The position numbers were made by a program, and so were the translations under genes. A stretch of DNA of 34,879 nt from Marinobacter sp. (lineage in GTDB: Bacteria; Pseudomonadota; Gammaproteobacteria; Pseudomonadales; Oleiphilaceae): the NCBI GenBank assembly GCA_035705335.1, contig DASSWD010000089.1, positions 1-34,879 of the forward strand. The letters run 5' to 3'. Below are positions 1-9,999 of the stretch, piece after piece. Below the pieces are notes generated by a model that saw only the letters and a program-made list of their open reading frames with translations, had not been told where the DNA came from and did not search any database. Position 1 is the first letter of the stretch. Each line of letters begins with the position of its first letter.

Positions 1-124
1 AGAGTTGTTCAGTGGTTCCCATTCCTGTGGTAGCCTTTTTGACAGGCCTTAAGGCTGGACGGAAGGGCATTTGCCCTACGCCATAACAAGACTTACCCAT
101 CTGACGGATTGAACGAGGAAACGC

Positions 125-1633
125 TTGACCATCGATACCGAGATGCAGCCGCAGGAAGCGCCGCTGGGCAGACTTCCGTTCACGTTTGCCAAGCGTAACG
201 GTGTCATTCTTACCCGCAACGAGCAGGGTGAGCCGGTCATTCTTTTTCGCCGCGGCGCCCCCCACACCGCGCTGGCCGAAGCGAACCGCATCAGCGGTGG
301 CCGTGCCCGGCTGACCAATATCGAGGAAGATCGCTTCGATCAGGCCCTGAATGCGGCCTACCAGAACGATTCTGCCGAAGCCATGCAGATGGTCGAGGGC
401 ATCGGTGACGACATGGATCTGGCGTCGCTGGCCGATTCGGTGCCGGAGACCGAGGACCTGCTTGAGCAGGAAGATGACGCGCCGATCATCCGTCTGATCA
501 ACGCCATACTGACCGAAGCGGTGAAAACCAACGCCTCGGACGTGCACATCGAAACATACGAAAAGCAGCTGGTGGTTCGGTTCCGGATCGACGGTGTGCT
601 GCGTGAGGTGGTCCAGCCCAAGCGGGCACTGGCGCCGCTGCTGGTGTCCCGGATCAAGGTCATGGCCAAGCTCGACATCGCCGAAAAGCGGGTGCCGCAG
701 GATGGCCGCATTGCCTTGAGGGTAGCCGGGCGGGAAGTCGATATCCGGGTGTCCACCATGCCGTCATCCAGCGGCGAGCGGGTGGTGTTACGTCTGCTCG
801 ACAAGCAGGCAGGCAACATTCGCCTGGAATCCCTCGGCATGGCAGGCCGCGATCTGAAAATCCTGCGCAGGCTGATTTACCGGCCTTATGGCATCTTGCT
901 GGTGACGGGCCCCACCGGTTCCGGTAAATCCACCACGCTTTACGCTTCGCTGCTGGAAATCAACGACCGCAGTCGTAATATCCTGACGGTAGAAGACCCG
1001 ATAGAATACAACTTGCCGGGTATCGGCCAGACCCAGGTCAATACCAAGGTTGAGATGACCTTTGCCCGTGGCTTGCGGGCCATTCTCCGTCAGGACCCGG
1101 ATGTGGTCATGATCGGAGAGATCCGGGACCTGGAAACCGCCGAAATCGCCGTTCAGGCCAGCCTGACCGGCCACCTGGTATTATCCACGCTGCACACCAA
1201 TACCGCCGTGGGAGCCATTACCCGCCTGATGGACATGGGTATCGAACCCTTTCTGATTTCATCCAGCCTGGTGGGCATCGTTGCCCAGCGCCTGGTGCGG
1301 GTACTCTGCACTCACTGCCGGGAACCCTACAGGCCGAGCGAGGAGCATTGCGAGTTTCTGCAGCAGGACCCTGTTAATCCGCCAACGATATACCGGGCCC
1401 GGGGCTGCGACCACTGCAATCAGCTGGGTTATCGCGGCCGTATCGGTATCTACGAAGTGGTTGAGGTAACCGAAGCGATCAGCACGCTGATCCACAAACG
1501 GGCCGGCGAACTGGACCTGGAGAGGGAAGCCCGTAAACACACCCCGAGTATCCATGCCGACGGCGTGCAGAAGATTCTGGACGGTGTAACGACGGTAGAA
1601 GAGGTTTTGCGCGTTACCCACCGGAGCCAGTAA
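125..1633 (+). CDS. gspE: Type II secretion ATPase GspE
   Basis: Walker A GPTGSGKST, Asp-box TVEDPIE, Walker B LRQDPDVVMIGEIRD, His-box STLHTN, and Zn tetracysteine CTHC...CDHC. TTG start follows GAGGAA at 115-120. First of gspE-M. Confidence 0.97.
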   Translation: MTIDTEMQPQEAPLGRLPFTFAKRNGVILTRNEQGEPVILFRRGAPHTALAEANRISGGRARLTNIEEDRFDQALNAAYQNDSAEAMQMVEGIGDDMDLASLADSVPETEDLLEQEDDAPIIRLINAILTEAVKTNASDVHIETYEKQLVVRFRIDGVLREVVQPKRALAPLLVSRIKVMAKLDIAEKRVPQDGRIALRVAGREVDIRVSTMPSSSGERVVLRLLDKQAGNIRLESLGMAGRDLKILRRLIYRPYGILLVTGPTGSGKSTTLYASLLEINDRSRNILTVEDPIEYNLPGIGQTQVNTKVEMTFARGLRAILRQDPDVVMIGEIRDLETAEIAVQASLTGHLVLSTLHTNTAVGAITRLMDMGIEPFLISSSLVGIVAQRLVRVLCTHCREPYRPSEEHCEFLQQDPVNPPTIYRARGCDHCNQLGYRGRIGIYEVVEVTEAISTLIHKRAGELDLEREARKHTPSIHADGVQKILDGVTTVEEVLRVTHRSQ

Positions 1634-1636
1634 GTC

Positions 1637-2848
1637 ATGCCCGCGTTTGAATACAAAGCACTGGACGCCCGGGGAAAGCAACAGCACGGTGTCGTTGAAG
1701 CCGATGCACCCAGAGCCGTCCGCCAGCAGCTCCGGGAACGGGGTCTGACTCCACTGGTGGTAGAGCCCGCCATTGAAAAGCAGACGCGTTCGAATCCCTT
1801 GAGCAGCCGGGGTTCTCTAGGCGCTGCCGATCTGGCCCTGGTGACCCGGCAACTCGCCACACTGATTCAATCCGGCATACCGATCGAGCAGGCGCTCAGT
1901 GCCACAGCCCAGCAATCCAGCAAACCCCGTATCCGAAGCATGCTGATTGCCATCCGGGCCAAGGTCATGGAAGGGTATAGCCTGGCCGACAGCCTCGGCG
2001 AGTTCCCGAGGGCGTTTCCCCGTCTGTATCGCTCAACCGTCGCCGCCGGCGAGCATGCGGGGCACCTGGACCTTGTGTTGAATCGGCTGGCAGACTATAC
2101 CGAGAACCGCCAGGAAGCCCGCCAGAAGATACAACTGGCGGCCATTTACCCGATCATCCTGAGTGTTGTGGCCATCGCAATCGTCGTCTTCCTGCTGACC
2201 TACGTGGTGCCCGACATTATTGAAGTGTTTGTGAGACAGGGCCAGAAGTTACCCACGCTGACCAGAGTGATGCTGGCGGCTTCGGAATTTCTGGGCAACT
2301 ACGGTGTCTATATTCTGATAGCTCTGGTGATTGGCTTGCTAGGTTTTCAGGTGGCTCTGCGCAAGCCTTCAGTGCGCTTGAAATTTCATAAACGGCTGTT
2401 ACACCTGCCGCTGTTCAAGGGTATGGTGCGCGGTGTGAATACCGCTCGCTATGCCAGCACGCTCAGCATTCTGACCACCAGCGGCGTCCCGCTGGTTGAT
2501 GCCATGCGAATCGCCGGTGAGGTGCTGTCCAACGACTATCTGCGCCAGGAACTCAAAGAGGCCGGACGCAAAGTCAGCGAAGGCGGGTCCTTGCACCGCT
2601 CCCTGGACCAGACGGGCTATTTTCCGCCGATGATGCTGCACATGATCGCCAGCGGAGAGACCAGCGGTGAGCTGGACAGTATGCTCGAGCGAACCGCCCG
2701 GATGCAGGAGAACACCCTGCAATCGAAAATTGCAGCCATGGTTGGCCTGTTTGAACCGATGATGCTACTGATCATGGGCGTTGTGGTGCTGATCATTGTG
2801 CTGGCCATCATGCTGCCGATCCTGAACATGAGTAACCTGGTGGGCTGA
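1637..2848 (+). CDS. gspF: Type II secretion inner-membrane platform protein GspF
   Basis: MPAFEYKALD start, TRQLATLIQSGIP, AGEHAGHLD and SGETSGELD repeats, three TM segments; starts 3 bp after gspE. Confidence 0.97.
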   Translation: MPAFEYKALDARGKQQHGVVEADAPRAVRQQLRERGLTPLVVEPAIEKQTRSNPLSSRGSLGAADLALVTRQLATLIQSGIPIEQALSATAQQSSKPRIRSMLIAIRAKVMEGYSLADSLGEFPRAFPRLYRSTVAAGEHAGHLDLVLNRLADYTENRQEARQKIQLAAIYPIILSVVAIAIVVFLLTYVVPDIIEVFVRQGQKLPTLTRVMLAASEFLGNYGVYILIALVIGLLGFQVALRKPSVRLKFHKRLLHLPLFKGMVRGVNTARYASTLSILTTSGVPLVDAMRIAGEVLSNDYLRQELKEAGRKVSEGGSLHRSLDQTGYFPPMMLHMIASGETSGELDSMLERTARMQENTLQSKIAAMVGLFEPMMLLIMGVVVLIIVLAIMLPILNMSNLVG

Positions 2849-2907
2849 CAGGGCCCGCCAAACAACTTCCAACCCTTCGGAATGCTACGGAAAGAATGAG
2901 GCGCAAC

Positions 2908-3360
2908 ATGAAAACACAATTGACATCCGCAACACGCCGCCAGCAAGGCTTCACCCTGATCGAAATCATGGTGGTTATGGTCATTCTCGGGCTGCTGGTG
3001 GCCATTGTGGCGCCTAATATCATGGGCCGCAGCGATCAGGCCAGAGTCACGGCCGCCGAAGCCCAGTTGAGCAACATCGCCAACGCGCTCGATCTTTACC
3101 GTCTGGATAACAGCAATTACCCGTCCACCCAACAGGGCCTGGAGGCCTTGGTTAATGAGCCAACGGGATCTCCGGAACCTCGCAACTGGAACCCCGAGGG
3201 CTACCTGAAAAGCGTACCGCAGGATCCATGGGGTAACGATTATCAGTATGTCAGCCCGGGCACCGAAGGCCCCTACGATCTCTATTCCTACGGTGCCGAT
3301 GGCCAGGAAGGTGGCGATGGTGATAACGCCGACATCAGTGTCTGGGATTCCGGGAACTGA
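2908..3360 (+). CDS. gspG: Major pseudopilin GspG
   Basis: Prepilin motif QQG|FTLIEIMVV, YRLDNSNYPSTQQGLEALV, DPWGNDYQY, and acidic Ca-binding C-terminus GADGQEGGDGDNADI. Start placed at ATG 2908 (GAGG upstream) rather than the ORF-track start 2896. Confidence 0.97.
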   Translation: MKTQLTSATRRQQGFTLIEIMVVMVILGLLVAIVAPNIMGRSDQARVTAAEAQLSNIANALDLYRLDNSNYPSTQQGLEALVNEPTGSPEPRNWNPEGYLKSVPQDPWGNDYQYVSPGTEGPYDLYSYGADGQEGGDGDNADISVWDSGN

Positions 3361-3366
3361 TTCACG

Positions 3367-3897
3367 GTGCGAGGAACCACCCGCGATCAGGGTTTCACGC
3401 TGATCGAAATCCTGGTTGTGATGATCATCGTCGGGCTGTTGGCGGCGATCGCGGTGTTCACCATGGCCGGTGGTTCCCAACAGCGTGAACTGGAAAGTGA
3501 AACCCGTGAGCTGTTTCTGTTGATGCAGGCCGCCTCTGAACAGGCCGTGCTCAACAATCTGGAGCTGGGCCTGATGTTCGACGATGAAGGTTACCAGTTC
3601 GTCGCCTTTCAGGAGGACACCGGGGAGTGGCGGGCATCCGGGGAACGCATTTTCCGCAAACGTGCACTGCCGGAATGGCTGGATGTGACGGTTTATGTCG
3701 ATACCAATGCGCCCAGGCTGCCTACTTCTGAAGATCAGACTTTGCCGGATGTCGTGTTCTTCTCCAGCGGGGAAACCACACCGTTTGAGCTGGAGTTGAC
3801 CGCCGTCGACCGCACGGACCATCGCCAGGTGATTGCCTCCGACGGCCTGTCGCCCATGGAGTGGCGCAAACCTGGCATGGAAGAGGAGGACTCGTGA
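3367..3897 (+). CDS. gspH: Minor pseudopilin GspH
   Basis: DQG|FTLIEILVV prepilin motif, FFSSGETTPFEL motif, position after gspG. Confidence 0.93.
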   Translation: MRGTTRDQGFTLIEILVVMIIVGLLAAIAVFTMAGGSQQRELESETRELFLLMQAASEQAVLNNLELGLMFDDEGYQFVAFQEDTGEWRASGERIFRKRALPEWLDVTVYVDTNAPRLPTSEDQTLPDVVFFSSGETTPFELELTAVDRTDHRQVIASDGLSPMEWRKPGMEEEDS

Positions 3898-4268
3898 AAC
3901 GCTGCGCCGGTTTTACTCTGCTTGAGGTGCTGGTGGCACTGCTGGTGTTTGGCCTGATCGCCACGACGGCCGCGGAAGTGGGCAGCAATTATATCTCCAG
4001 TTATGAGCGCATCCGTGACCGCACCCTGGCGGCCTGGATTGCCGACAACCGAATCAATGAACTGCGCTTGCAGGAAGAGCTTCCGGGGGTTTCGGAGAGT
4101 TCCGAAGACACCGAGTTTGGCAATGATCGCTGGCGTGTGACGACGGATGTGCAGGGCACCGAAGAACCCACCATGCGCCGGGTGGACATCCGGGTCGAGA
4201 AATACCCGGCCGATGGCGCGGAACCTTTTCAGATTCATACCCTCTCGGCGTTTTTGGGGCAGCAATAA
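3894..4268 (+). CDS. gspI: Minor pseudopilin GspI
   Basis: AG|FTLLEVLVAL and LAAWIADN motifs. GTG start overlaps the gspH stop (GTGA) with a GAGGAGG RBS. Confidence 0.93.
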   Translation: MKRCAGFTLLEVLVALLVFGLIATTAAEVGSNYISSYERIRDRTLAAWIADNRINELRLQEELPGVSESSEDTEFGNDRWRVTTDVQGTEEPTMRRVDIRVEKYPADGAEPFQIHTLSAFLGQQ

Positions 4269-5056
4269 TGAACGGTCCCGGACTGCGCGATCGCCAGAGC
4301 GGCTTCACCCTGATAGAGGTGTTGATTGCTATCACCATCACGGCGGTGATCGGGCTTGGAATATGGCAGGTGATAAGCAGTGTGGTGCTGTCCCGGGACA
4401 GAGTTGATGCCGTCGCTGAAGAATTTGATGGACTCCAGAAAACCATGCTGCTGTTGGAGCGTGACCTGGTGCAGGTAGTGAATCGTTCCGCCAGAGACAT
4501 TTATGGCGACTTTCAGCCAAGCCTGACCAACCGGGAAGAGGGCTTCGCCCTGACCCTGACCCGCCAGGGCTGGCGCAACCCCCTTGGGCTGCGCCGAAGC
4601 GCTTTACAAAGGGTAGCCTGGGAATATACCGGGGACGAGTTGCACCGTCGGTACTGGCCGGTGGTGGATCAGGGCCAGGAAGACAACAGCCGCGACCTGA
4701 TGCTGCTGGATCGTGTGACGGCGTTTGATATCCGGTTCCTGGATCAACAGGGAAGCTGGCAGGAACTGTGGCCAACCGATGAAGAACTGGCATCGCTGAC
4801 GGCAGGGGCCCGCCCCGAGACGAGTTTGCCGCGGGGTATCGAGATCACGCTGGAGCACGAACGCTTCGGTGAGTTGGTCCGAACCTTTACGCTTCCGGAT
4901 TTCGACCAGGCCGCGGCCCAGGCAGTGATCAACCAGCAGGCCGCAGCGGCTGAGGCCCGGCAGGACGAGACAGACGAAACGAATGGCCAGCCCGAACCAT
5001 CGACCGAGCCACAGAACCCGGCCCAGGATGGTCAGTTACCGGGAGGGGGCGGGTGA
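4268..5056 (+). CDS. gspJ: Minor pseudopilin GspJ
   Basis: SG|FTLIEVLIAI, LERDLVQ, RQGWRNPLG-RRS-LQRV and LPRGIEITL motifs; TAATG overlap with gspI. Confidence 0.94.
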   Translation: MNGPGLRDRQSGFTLIEVLIAITITAVIGLGIWQVISSVVLSRDRVDAVAEEFDGLQKTMLLLERDLVQVVNRSARDIYGDFQPSLTNREEGFALTLTRQGWRNPLGLRRSALQRVAWEYTGDELHRRYWPVVDQGQEDNSRDLMLLDRVTAFDIRFLDQQGSWQELWPTDEELASLTAGARPETSLPRGIEITLEHERFGELVRTFTLPDFDQAAAQAVINQQAAAAEARQDETDETNGQPEPSTEPQNPAQDGQLPGGGG

Positions 5057-6060
5057 TGGCTGATAACCCGATGTCAGCCCGGCGTGAGCATGGCGTTGCC
5101 CTGATCATGGTCCTGCTGGCGATGGCACTGGTGGTAATGCTGGCCGGTGGCATGACGCGCCAGCAGAGCCTTCGGGTGTTCGAGGCCGGGCATTATCTGG
5201 CACAGCAACAGGGTCTCAGCATCGCCCTGGGTGCGGAAACGTTTGCCCGGCGCATTCTTGTGCGGGATCATGAGCAAGATACCGAGAACGGTACGCTGGT
5301 CGATAGCCTCGATGAATTCTGGGCCCGGAACGCCGCCGTTCTGCCGATTGATGACATTGGCGTGGCCGAGGTTCAGATCGACGACCTGGGCGGGCGCATC
5401 AACCTGAACGATCTGGTGTTGCCCAACGGACAGGTTGACCCGCTTACCCGTGACCGTCTGACCCGCCTGTTCGTGGCTCTGAACATCACGGGTGTCACGG
5501 TAGATGCCTTGATCGACTGGATCGACGGGAACGATCAGACCATCAGTGCCTATGGCGCTGAGGACGGCCAATATCTGATGGCAGACCCCTCGTTCCGGGC
5601 CGCTAACCAGCCCTTTGTCTCGATCACCGAGCTGCGTCTGATCGAGGGCATGACAGAGGAAATCTACGAGGCGCTTCGGCCCCATGTTACCGCACTGCCG
5701 GTCAGCGGTCTGGGAATCAATGTAAATACGGCCTCCGCGGCGGTGCTGGTGTCGCTGCACGATGAGCTGACGCCCGCCGCGGCCCAAGCAATCATCGCCC
5801 GACGCGAGGAAGAGCGGTTTGAAAACCTGCAGGATTTTCTGGCGTTACCAGAGTTTTCCGGTATGGGATTACGAGCCAGCGGCCTTGGCCTGCAGACCCG
5901 GTTTTTTGAAGTTGTGTCGCGGATTACCTACGATAATCGTGTCGTTAATATGGTCAGCACCGTGTTCCGGAATCCTCAGGGGGAAGTCAGCACGGTGTCC
6001 AGGGATACCGGTCAGAAAAACCGAATCACCAAAGAACCGTTTACGTTCTCAGAAGGATAA
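5056..6060 (+). CDS. gspK: Minor pseudopilin GspK
   Basis: HG|VALIMVLL (no Glu5, as expected for GspK), INLNDL, DWIDGND...GAED, ELRLIEG, INVNTA. Start chosen at the TGATG overlap (5056); alternatives are 5053 or 5071. Confidence 0.94.
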   Translation: MADNPMSARREHGVALIMVLLAMALVVMLAGGMTRQQSLRVFEAGHYLAQQQGLSIALGAETFARRILVRDHEQDTENGTLVDSLDEFWARNAAVLPIDDIGVAEVQIDDLGGRINLNDLVLPNGQVDPLTRDRLTRLFVALNITGVTVDALIDWIDGNDQTISAYGAEDGQYLMADPSFRAANQPFVSITELRLIEGMTEEIYEALRPHVTALPVSGLGINVNTASAAVLVSLHDELTPAAAQAIIARREEERFENLQDFLALPEFSGMGLRASGLGLQTRFFEVVSRITYDNRVVNMVSTVFRNPQGEVSTVSRDTGQKNRITKEPFTFSEG

Positions 6061-6062
6061 CC

Positions 6063-7370
6063 ATGTCTTATCGACTCTTTGTCCGGCCCCTGCCGCCGTT
6101 TGCTGACCCGGATAACCGTCCGGAAGCCCAGCGCTACGCCTGGGTGCTTCAGGACGCCAGTGGTGACATTCAGGCCCAGGGCCCGGATGATAGCAGGGAC
6201 GTCATCGAACAGACGCTGGCTCGAAACGCTCTCGATAAGGTTCTGCTGACCGCACTGATTCCGGGTGATGAGGCGGTATTCTGTGTCGCCAACATCCCCG
6301 CCCGACAGCAGCGTTACGTGCAGCAGGCGCTGCCGTTTGCGATTGAGGAACAGATCGCCCAGGACATCGAAACGGTCCACCTTGCAGTTGGCCCCCATAC
6401 TCCAGACGGTTTTCCGGTGGCCGCCATAGACCGTGGCCAGATGGCCCGTTGGTCGCAGCTGTTTTCCGGTTGGCATCACGCTCGACTGGACGCCGTTTTC
6501 CCGGATGCGGCCCTGTTGCCTGCAACGGAAGGCGGTTGGTCGATCTGCCTGGACGGCGCCGATGCAATGATGGTCAGCGAACGGGGCGAATGGCTCAAAA
6601 TCAAAGCGGACAACCTGAGCCTGTTCGCCCAGACCATGGCCGTGCCCGGAGACGATACGGTCGTTACCCAGGTGCCGGTGACGGTCTTTGGAACCGAACA
6701 GGAACTTGAAGAAAATCAGGCCCTGATCAGCGGGTTGTCGGGTGGTACCGGCCGTCTGTCGGTGCAGCAGAAGCCTCTGGAACTGTCCGTCTTGGCGTTG
6801 CTGGCCTGGTCTCGCTATCACCACCACTGCCACCCCATCAACCTGTGCCAGGGTGCATTTGCCATTAACGCCACCGGTGACAGCCCGCTGAAACCCTGGA
6901 AACCGTTAATGGCCGTCGCCTCGGTCTGGTTTGTGGTTCAACTGGGTCTGGAAATAGGCATGGGGATGTATCACCAGCAGCAGGCGGAACAACTGCAGCA
7001 ACAGGCTATGGCGATTTACCGGGAGGTTTTCCCTGGCGACCGGCGTACCCACGTTGGCAATGTTCAGCGGGTGCTGGAAGGGCAGTTGCGTGTGGCGGAA
7101 TCCTCAGGCCCTGATCTGGATTTCATCTCGCTGCTGAAATTCACCGGTGACCAGTACAGCCGGTTGCAGAACCCCGGGGCGGTAGAGTTCAACGCCATCA
7201 ACTACAGTCGTAACCGCGGTGAGCTGGTGGTGGATCTGCACGCCGACAGCTACGAACGGCTCAGTCAGCTCCGCAACGGTATTGCTGGCCAGGGGTTGCA
7301 GGCCCGGATGGGTTCGGTGGTCAACGAGGCCAGCGGCACCCGTGGCCGGCTGACGGTGTCAGGAGGGTAA
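6063..7370 (+). CDS. gspL: Type II secretion protein GspL
   Basis: Cytoplasmic domain with ALPFAIEEQIAQDIETVHLA, PDAALLP and INLCQGAF motifs, then a single TM and periplasmic domain; position after gspK. Confidence 0.93.
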   Translation: MSYRLFVRPLPPFADPDNRPEAQRYAWVLQDASGDIQAQGPDDSRDVIEQTLARNALDKVLLTALIPGDEAVFCVANIPARQQRYVQQALPFAIEEQIAQDIETVHLAVGPHTPDGFPVAAIDRGQMARWSQLFSGWHHARLDAVFPDAALLPATEGGWSICLDGADAMMVSERGEWLKIKADNLSLFAQTMAVPGDDTVVTQVPVTVFGTEQELEENQALISGLSGGTGRLSVQQKPLELSVLALLAWSRYHHHCHPINLCQGAFAINATGDSPLKPWKPLMAVASVWFVVQLGLEIGMGMYHQQQAEQLQQQAMAIYREVFPGDRRTHVGNVQRVLEGQLRVAESSGPDLDFISLLKFTGDQYSRLQNPGAVEFNAINYSRNRGELVVDLHADSYERLSQLRNGIAGQGLQARMGSVVNEASGTRGRLTVSGG

Positions 7371-7374
7371 CCGG

Positions 7375-7902
7375 ATGATCGCTCGAATCAAGGAACAGCC
7401 CGCGATAGGCAAGCTGATTGCCCGATACGACCAGTTACCCCAGCGTGATCGGCACGCCCTGCTGTTACTGGGGGTGGCCCTGGCCCTGGCGGTACTGTAT
7501 CTGATGGTGTGGCAGCCAATTACCCAGTTTCATGATAACGCCCGCGCCGAGCGTGAAAGTGCCGCAGAGCTGCTTGCCTGGATGCAGGCCAACCGGGTGG
7601 CTATTGACCGGCTGGCAGCCAGTGGCGGCGGCTCGTCTATGTCCGCCAGCCGGCCCGAGGACGGGCGTGCACTGATGTCATTAGTGACCCGTTCGGCAAC
7701 GGAAGCAGGCCTGGCACTGCAGCGTTTCGAGCCAAGTGGTGACGCCGCCATTCGGGTCTGGATGGACAACGTGCCGTTTGCGGAGGTGGCCGCGTGGCTG
7801 GAAATGCTCAATGGCCAACACGGTGTGGTGATTGATCAGGCGTCACTCGATCGCAGTGACCAGCCTGGCCGCGTGTCAGTTCGTCTGACCCTGGCAATCT
7901 GA
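7375..7902 (+). CDS. gspM: Type II secretion protein GspM
   Basis: LPQRDR followed by TM ending VWQP, coiled coil, and ferredoxin-like C-terminus (VWMDNVPF...WLEML...PGRVSVRL). Confidence 0.92.
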   Translation: MIARIKEQPAIGKLIARYDQLPQRDRHALLLLGVALALAVLYLMVWQPITQFHDNARAERESAAELLAWMQANRVAIDRLAASGGGSSMSASRPEDGRALMSLVTRSATEAGLALQRFEPSGDAAIRVWMDNVPFAEVAAWLEMLNGQHGVVIDQASLDRSDQPGRVSVRLTLAI

Positions 7903-7940
7903 AGACAACAGCGGCTGGTGCCGCCTGAGGGATACGGAAC

Positions 7941-8588
7941 ATGAGCAACGCCGAACAGAACAACAATAAAAACGTCGTGGTAGTGCGCCTGGACCACACC
8001 GCTCGTAACGAAGCACGATCGATTCTCTATCACGCCTACCGGGACGATCCAGCCTTCCAGTACCTGTTTGACCACGGCAAGCCCGGCTACGATCAGCGGG
8101 TGCGCGCTACCATTCGCGAACTGGTCGACCTGTATGTCCAACACGAGCAGGACGCCGTCGGGGTCATGATGAGCGACACGCTCGTGGCGGTGGCGTTTAT
8201 CGGCGAGCCGGAACTGCGTATGAATCTGGCGGATCAGTTTGGCTGGCGCCTGCGTATGGTGCTGACGGCAGGTTTTGCCTCAACCCGTCGCTATCTGGAC
8301 TATCACAGGACCATTCAGGCACTGCTGCCCCAGCCCCAGGCGCACCAACTGCCTCTGATGGGCGTGGACCCGAAACATCAGCACAAGGGAATTGGCCGGA
8401 TTCTTCTGCAGGCGGTCGAAAAACTGTGTGAAGAAAACCCGCGGGGAGCCGGCCTGGTTCTGGATACCGGTAACAGCCGCTACCTGCCGTTTTACGAATC
8501 CGAGGGATTTCGGAGCCTGGGCAAGGTTCGCCTGGGCGATTTCGAGGACCACGTCATGTTTCGCGAGGTGGTTGCCCAGGCAGATTGA
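7941..8588 (+). CDS. GNAT family N-acetyltransferase
   Basis: Acetyl-CoA binding motif A GVDPKHQHKGIGRILL and C-terminal LDT-N---PFYESEGF. Confidence 0.88.
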   Translation: MSNAEQNNNKNVVVVRLDHTARNEARSILYHAYRDDPAFQYLFDHGKPGYDQRVRATIRELVDLYVQHEQDAVGVMMSDTLVAVAFIGEPELRMNLADQFGWRLRMVLTAGFASTRRYLDYHRTIQALLPQPQAHQLPLMGVDPKHQHKGIGRILLQAVEKLCEENPRGAGLVLDTGNSRYLPFYESEGFRSLGKVRLGDFEDHVMFREVVAQAD

Positions 8589-8634
8589 TCAAGACCTGGT
8601 TAAACTTTAGATCCTTTCGAAAAAAGGGGAACAA

Positions 8635-9996
8635 GTGTCTGATAAACATGACTTTGATCTGATTGTTGTTGGTGCTGGCTCCGGTGGTGTCCGGCTTGCG
8701 CGCATGTCCGCAGGCCGTGGCGCACGCGTGGCGGTGGTGGAATCCCGTTACCTCGGAGGCACCTGCGTCAATGTTGGTTGCGTGCCAAAGAAGCTGTTTG
8801 TTTACGGTGCCCATGTCAGAGAAGAGCTTGAAGACGCCGCGGGATACGGCTGGCAGGTCCCGGTCGAGCAGGCGACGTTTGACTGGCCAACGCTTGTCGC
8901 CAACAAGAACACGGAAATCGAACGCCTCAACGGCATCTATGGCCGGCTGCTTGAGAACGCCGGTGTCGAGATCATCCAGGGCACCGCGAGCCTCAAGGAT
9001 GCCCATACTGTGGTGGTTGGCGGCAGGGAGTACACCACCCGCCATATCACCATCGCGACCGGTAGCTGGCCCGTCGTGCCGGACATCCCCGGCAAAGAAT
9101 GCCTGCTGACGTCCAATGAAATGTTCTATCTGCCACAGCTTCCGAAACATGCCGTGGTCTGGGGTGGCGGTTACATAGCGGTGGAGTTTGCCGGCATTCT
9201 CGCGGGGCTGGGGGTGCAGACCACGCTTCTGTATCGGGGCGATCTGTTCCTGCGCGGATTCGATGACGACATCCGGCGTTTCACTGAGCAGGAAATGCGT
9301 AAAAAGGGCATCGACCTGAGATTCAACGTCACCATTGCGTCGGTTCAGGCAGAAGATGCCCATTACCGCGTCAGCCTGAGTGATGGCGAGTCATTGCACA
9401 CCGGTCTGGTGATGGCTGCTACAGGCCGCCGGGCTCTGGTGGATGGCCTCGGCCTGACCGAGCTGGGTGTCGAGCTGACCGATGCCGGTCATATCCGGGT
9501 GGACACTGATTTCCAGACTGCTGTGCCTTCCATTACCGCGCTTGGCGATGTCATTGGTACGCCGCAGCTTACCCCGGTCGCACTCGCTCAGGCCATGGTG
9601 TTGTCGCGGCGACTGTTCGGTGACGGGCAGGGGGAGATGGACTATCAGGCGATTCCGACGGCGGTGTTCTGTCAGCCAAACATCGGCACGGTGGGGCTCA
9701 CCGAGCAGGAGGCAAGGAAAGCCGGGTACCGGGTGCGACTCTATCGATCCGAATTCCGGCCAATGAAATACACTCTCAGCGGTCGGGATGAGCGGGCGCT
9801 CATGAAGCTTATCGTGGATGATGAGAGCGACCGTGTGCTGGGTGCTCATATGGTCGGCCCCGACGCCGGGGAAATTATTCAGGGCCTGGCGGTGGCCATC
9901 AAGTGCGGCGCAACCAAGGCCCAGTTTGATGCCACCATCGGTATTCACCCGACCTCTGCGGAAGAGTTTGTCACCATGCGAGAGCCGGTGTCCTGA
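8635..9996 (+). CDS. gorA: Glutathione-disulfide reductase
   Basis: GAGSGG FAD motif, redox-active [26 protein letters not shown] motif, LTPVAL, and C-terminal [11 protein letters not shown] start follows AAGGGG. Confidence 0.95.
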   Translation: MSDKHDFDLIVVGAGSGGVRLARMSAGRGARVAVVESRYLGGTCVNVGCVPKKLFVYGAHVREELEDAAGYGWQVPVEQATFDWPTLVANKNTEIERLNGIYGRLLENAGVEIIQGTASLKDAHTVVVGGREYTTRHITIATGSWPVVPDIPGKECLLTSNEMFYLPQLPKHAVVWGGGYIAVEFAGILAGLGVQTTLLYRGDLFLRGFDDDIRRFTEQEMRKKGIDLRFNVTIASVQAEDAHYRVSLSDGESLHTGLVMAATGRRALVDGLGLTELGVELTDAGHIRVDTDFQTAVPSITALGDVIGTPQLTPVALAQAMVLSRRLFGDGQGEMDYQAIPTAVFCQPNIGTVGLTEQEARKAGYRVRLYRSEFRPMKYTLSGRDERALMKLIVDDESDRVLGAHMVGPDAGEIIQGLAVAIKCGATKAQFDATIGIHPTSAEEFVTMREPVS

Positions 9997-9999
9997 TCC

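Noticed and set aside
2617-3822. Long antisense ORFs (401 aa here; also 24329-25360, 31959-33044, 18330-19283, 10666-11484, 8554-9363)
   Set aside because: They mirror well-supported genes on the opposite strand, carry no recognisable motifs, and are expected from GC-rich codon bias.
8635-9996. Possible missing E3 (lpd) for the bkd complex
   Set aside because: [21 protein letters not shown] and HPTSAEE are glutathione reductase signatures, not lipoamide dehydrogenase ones.
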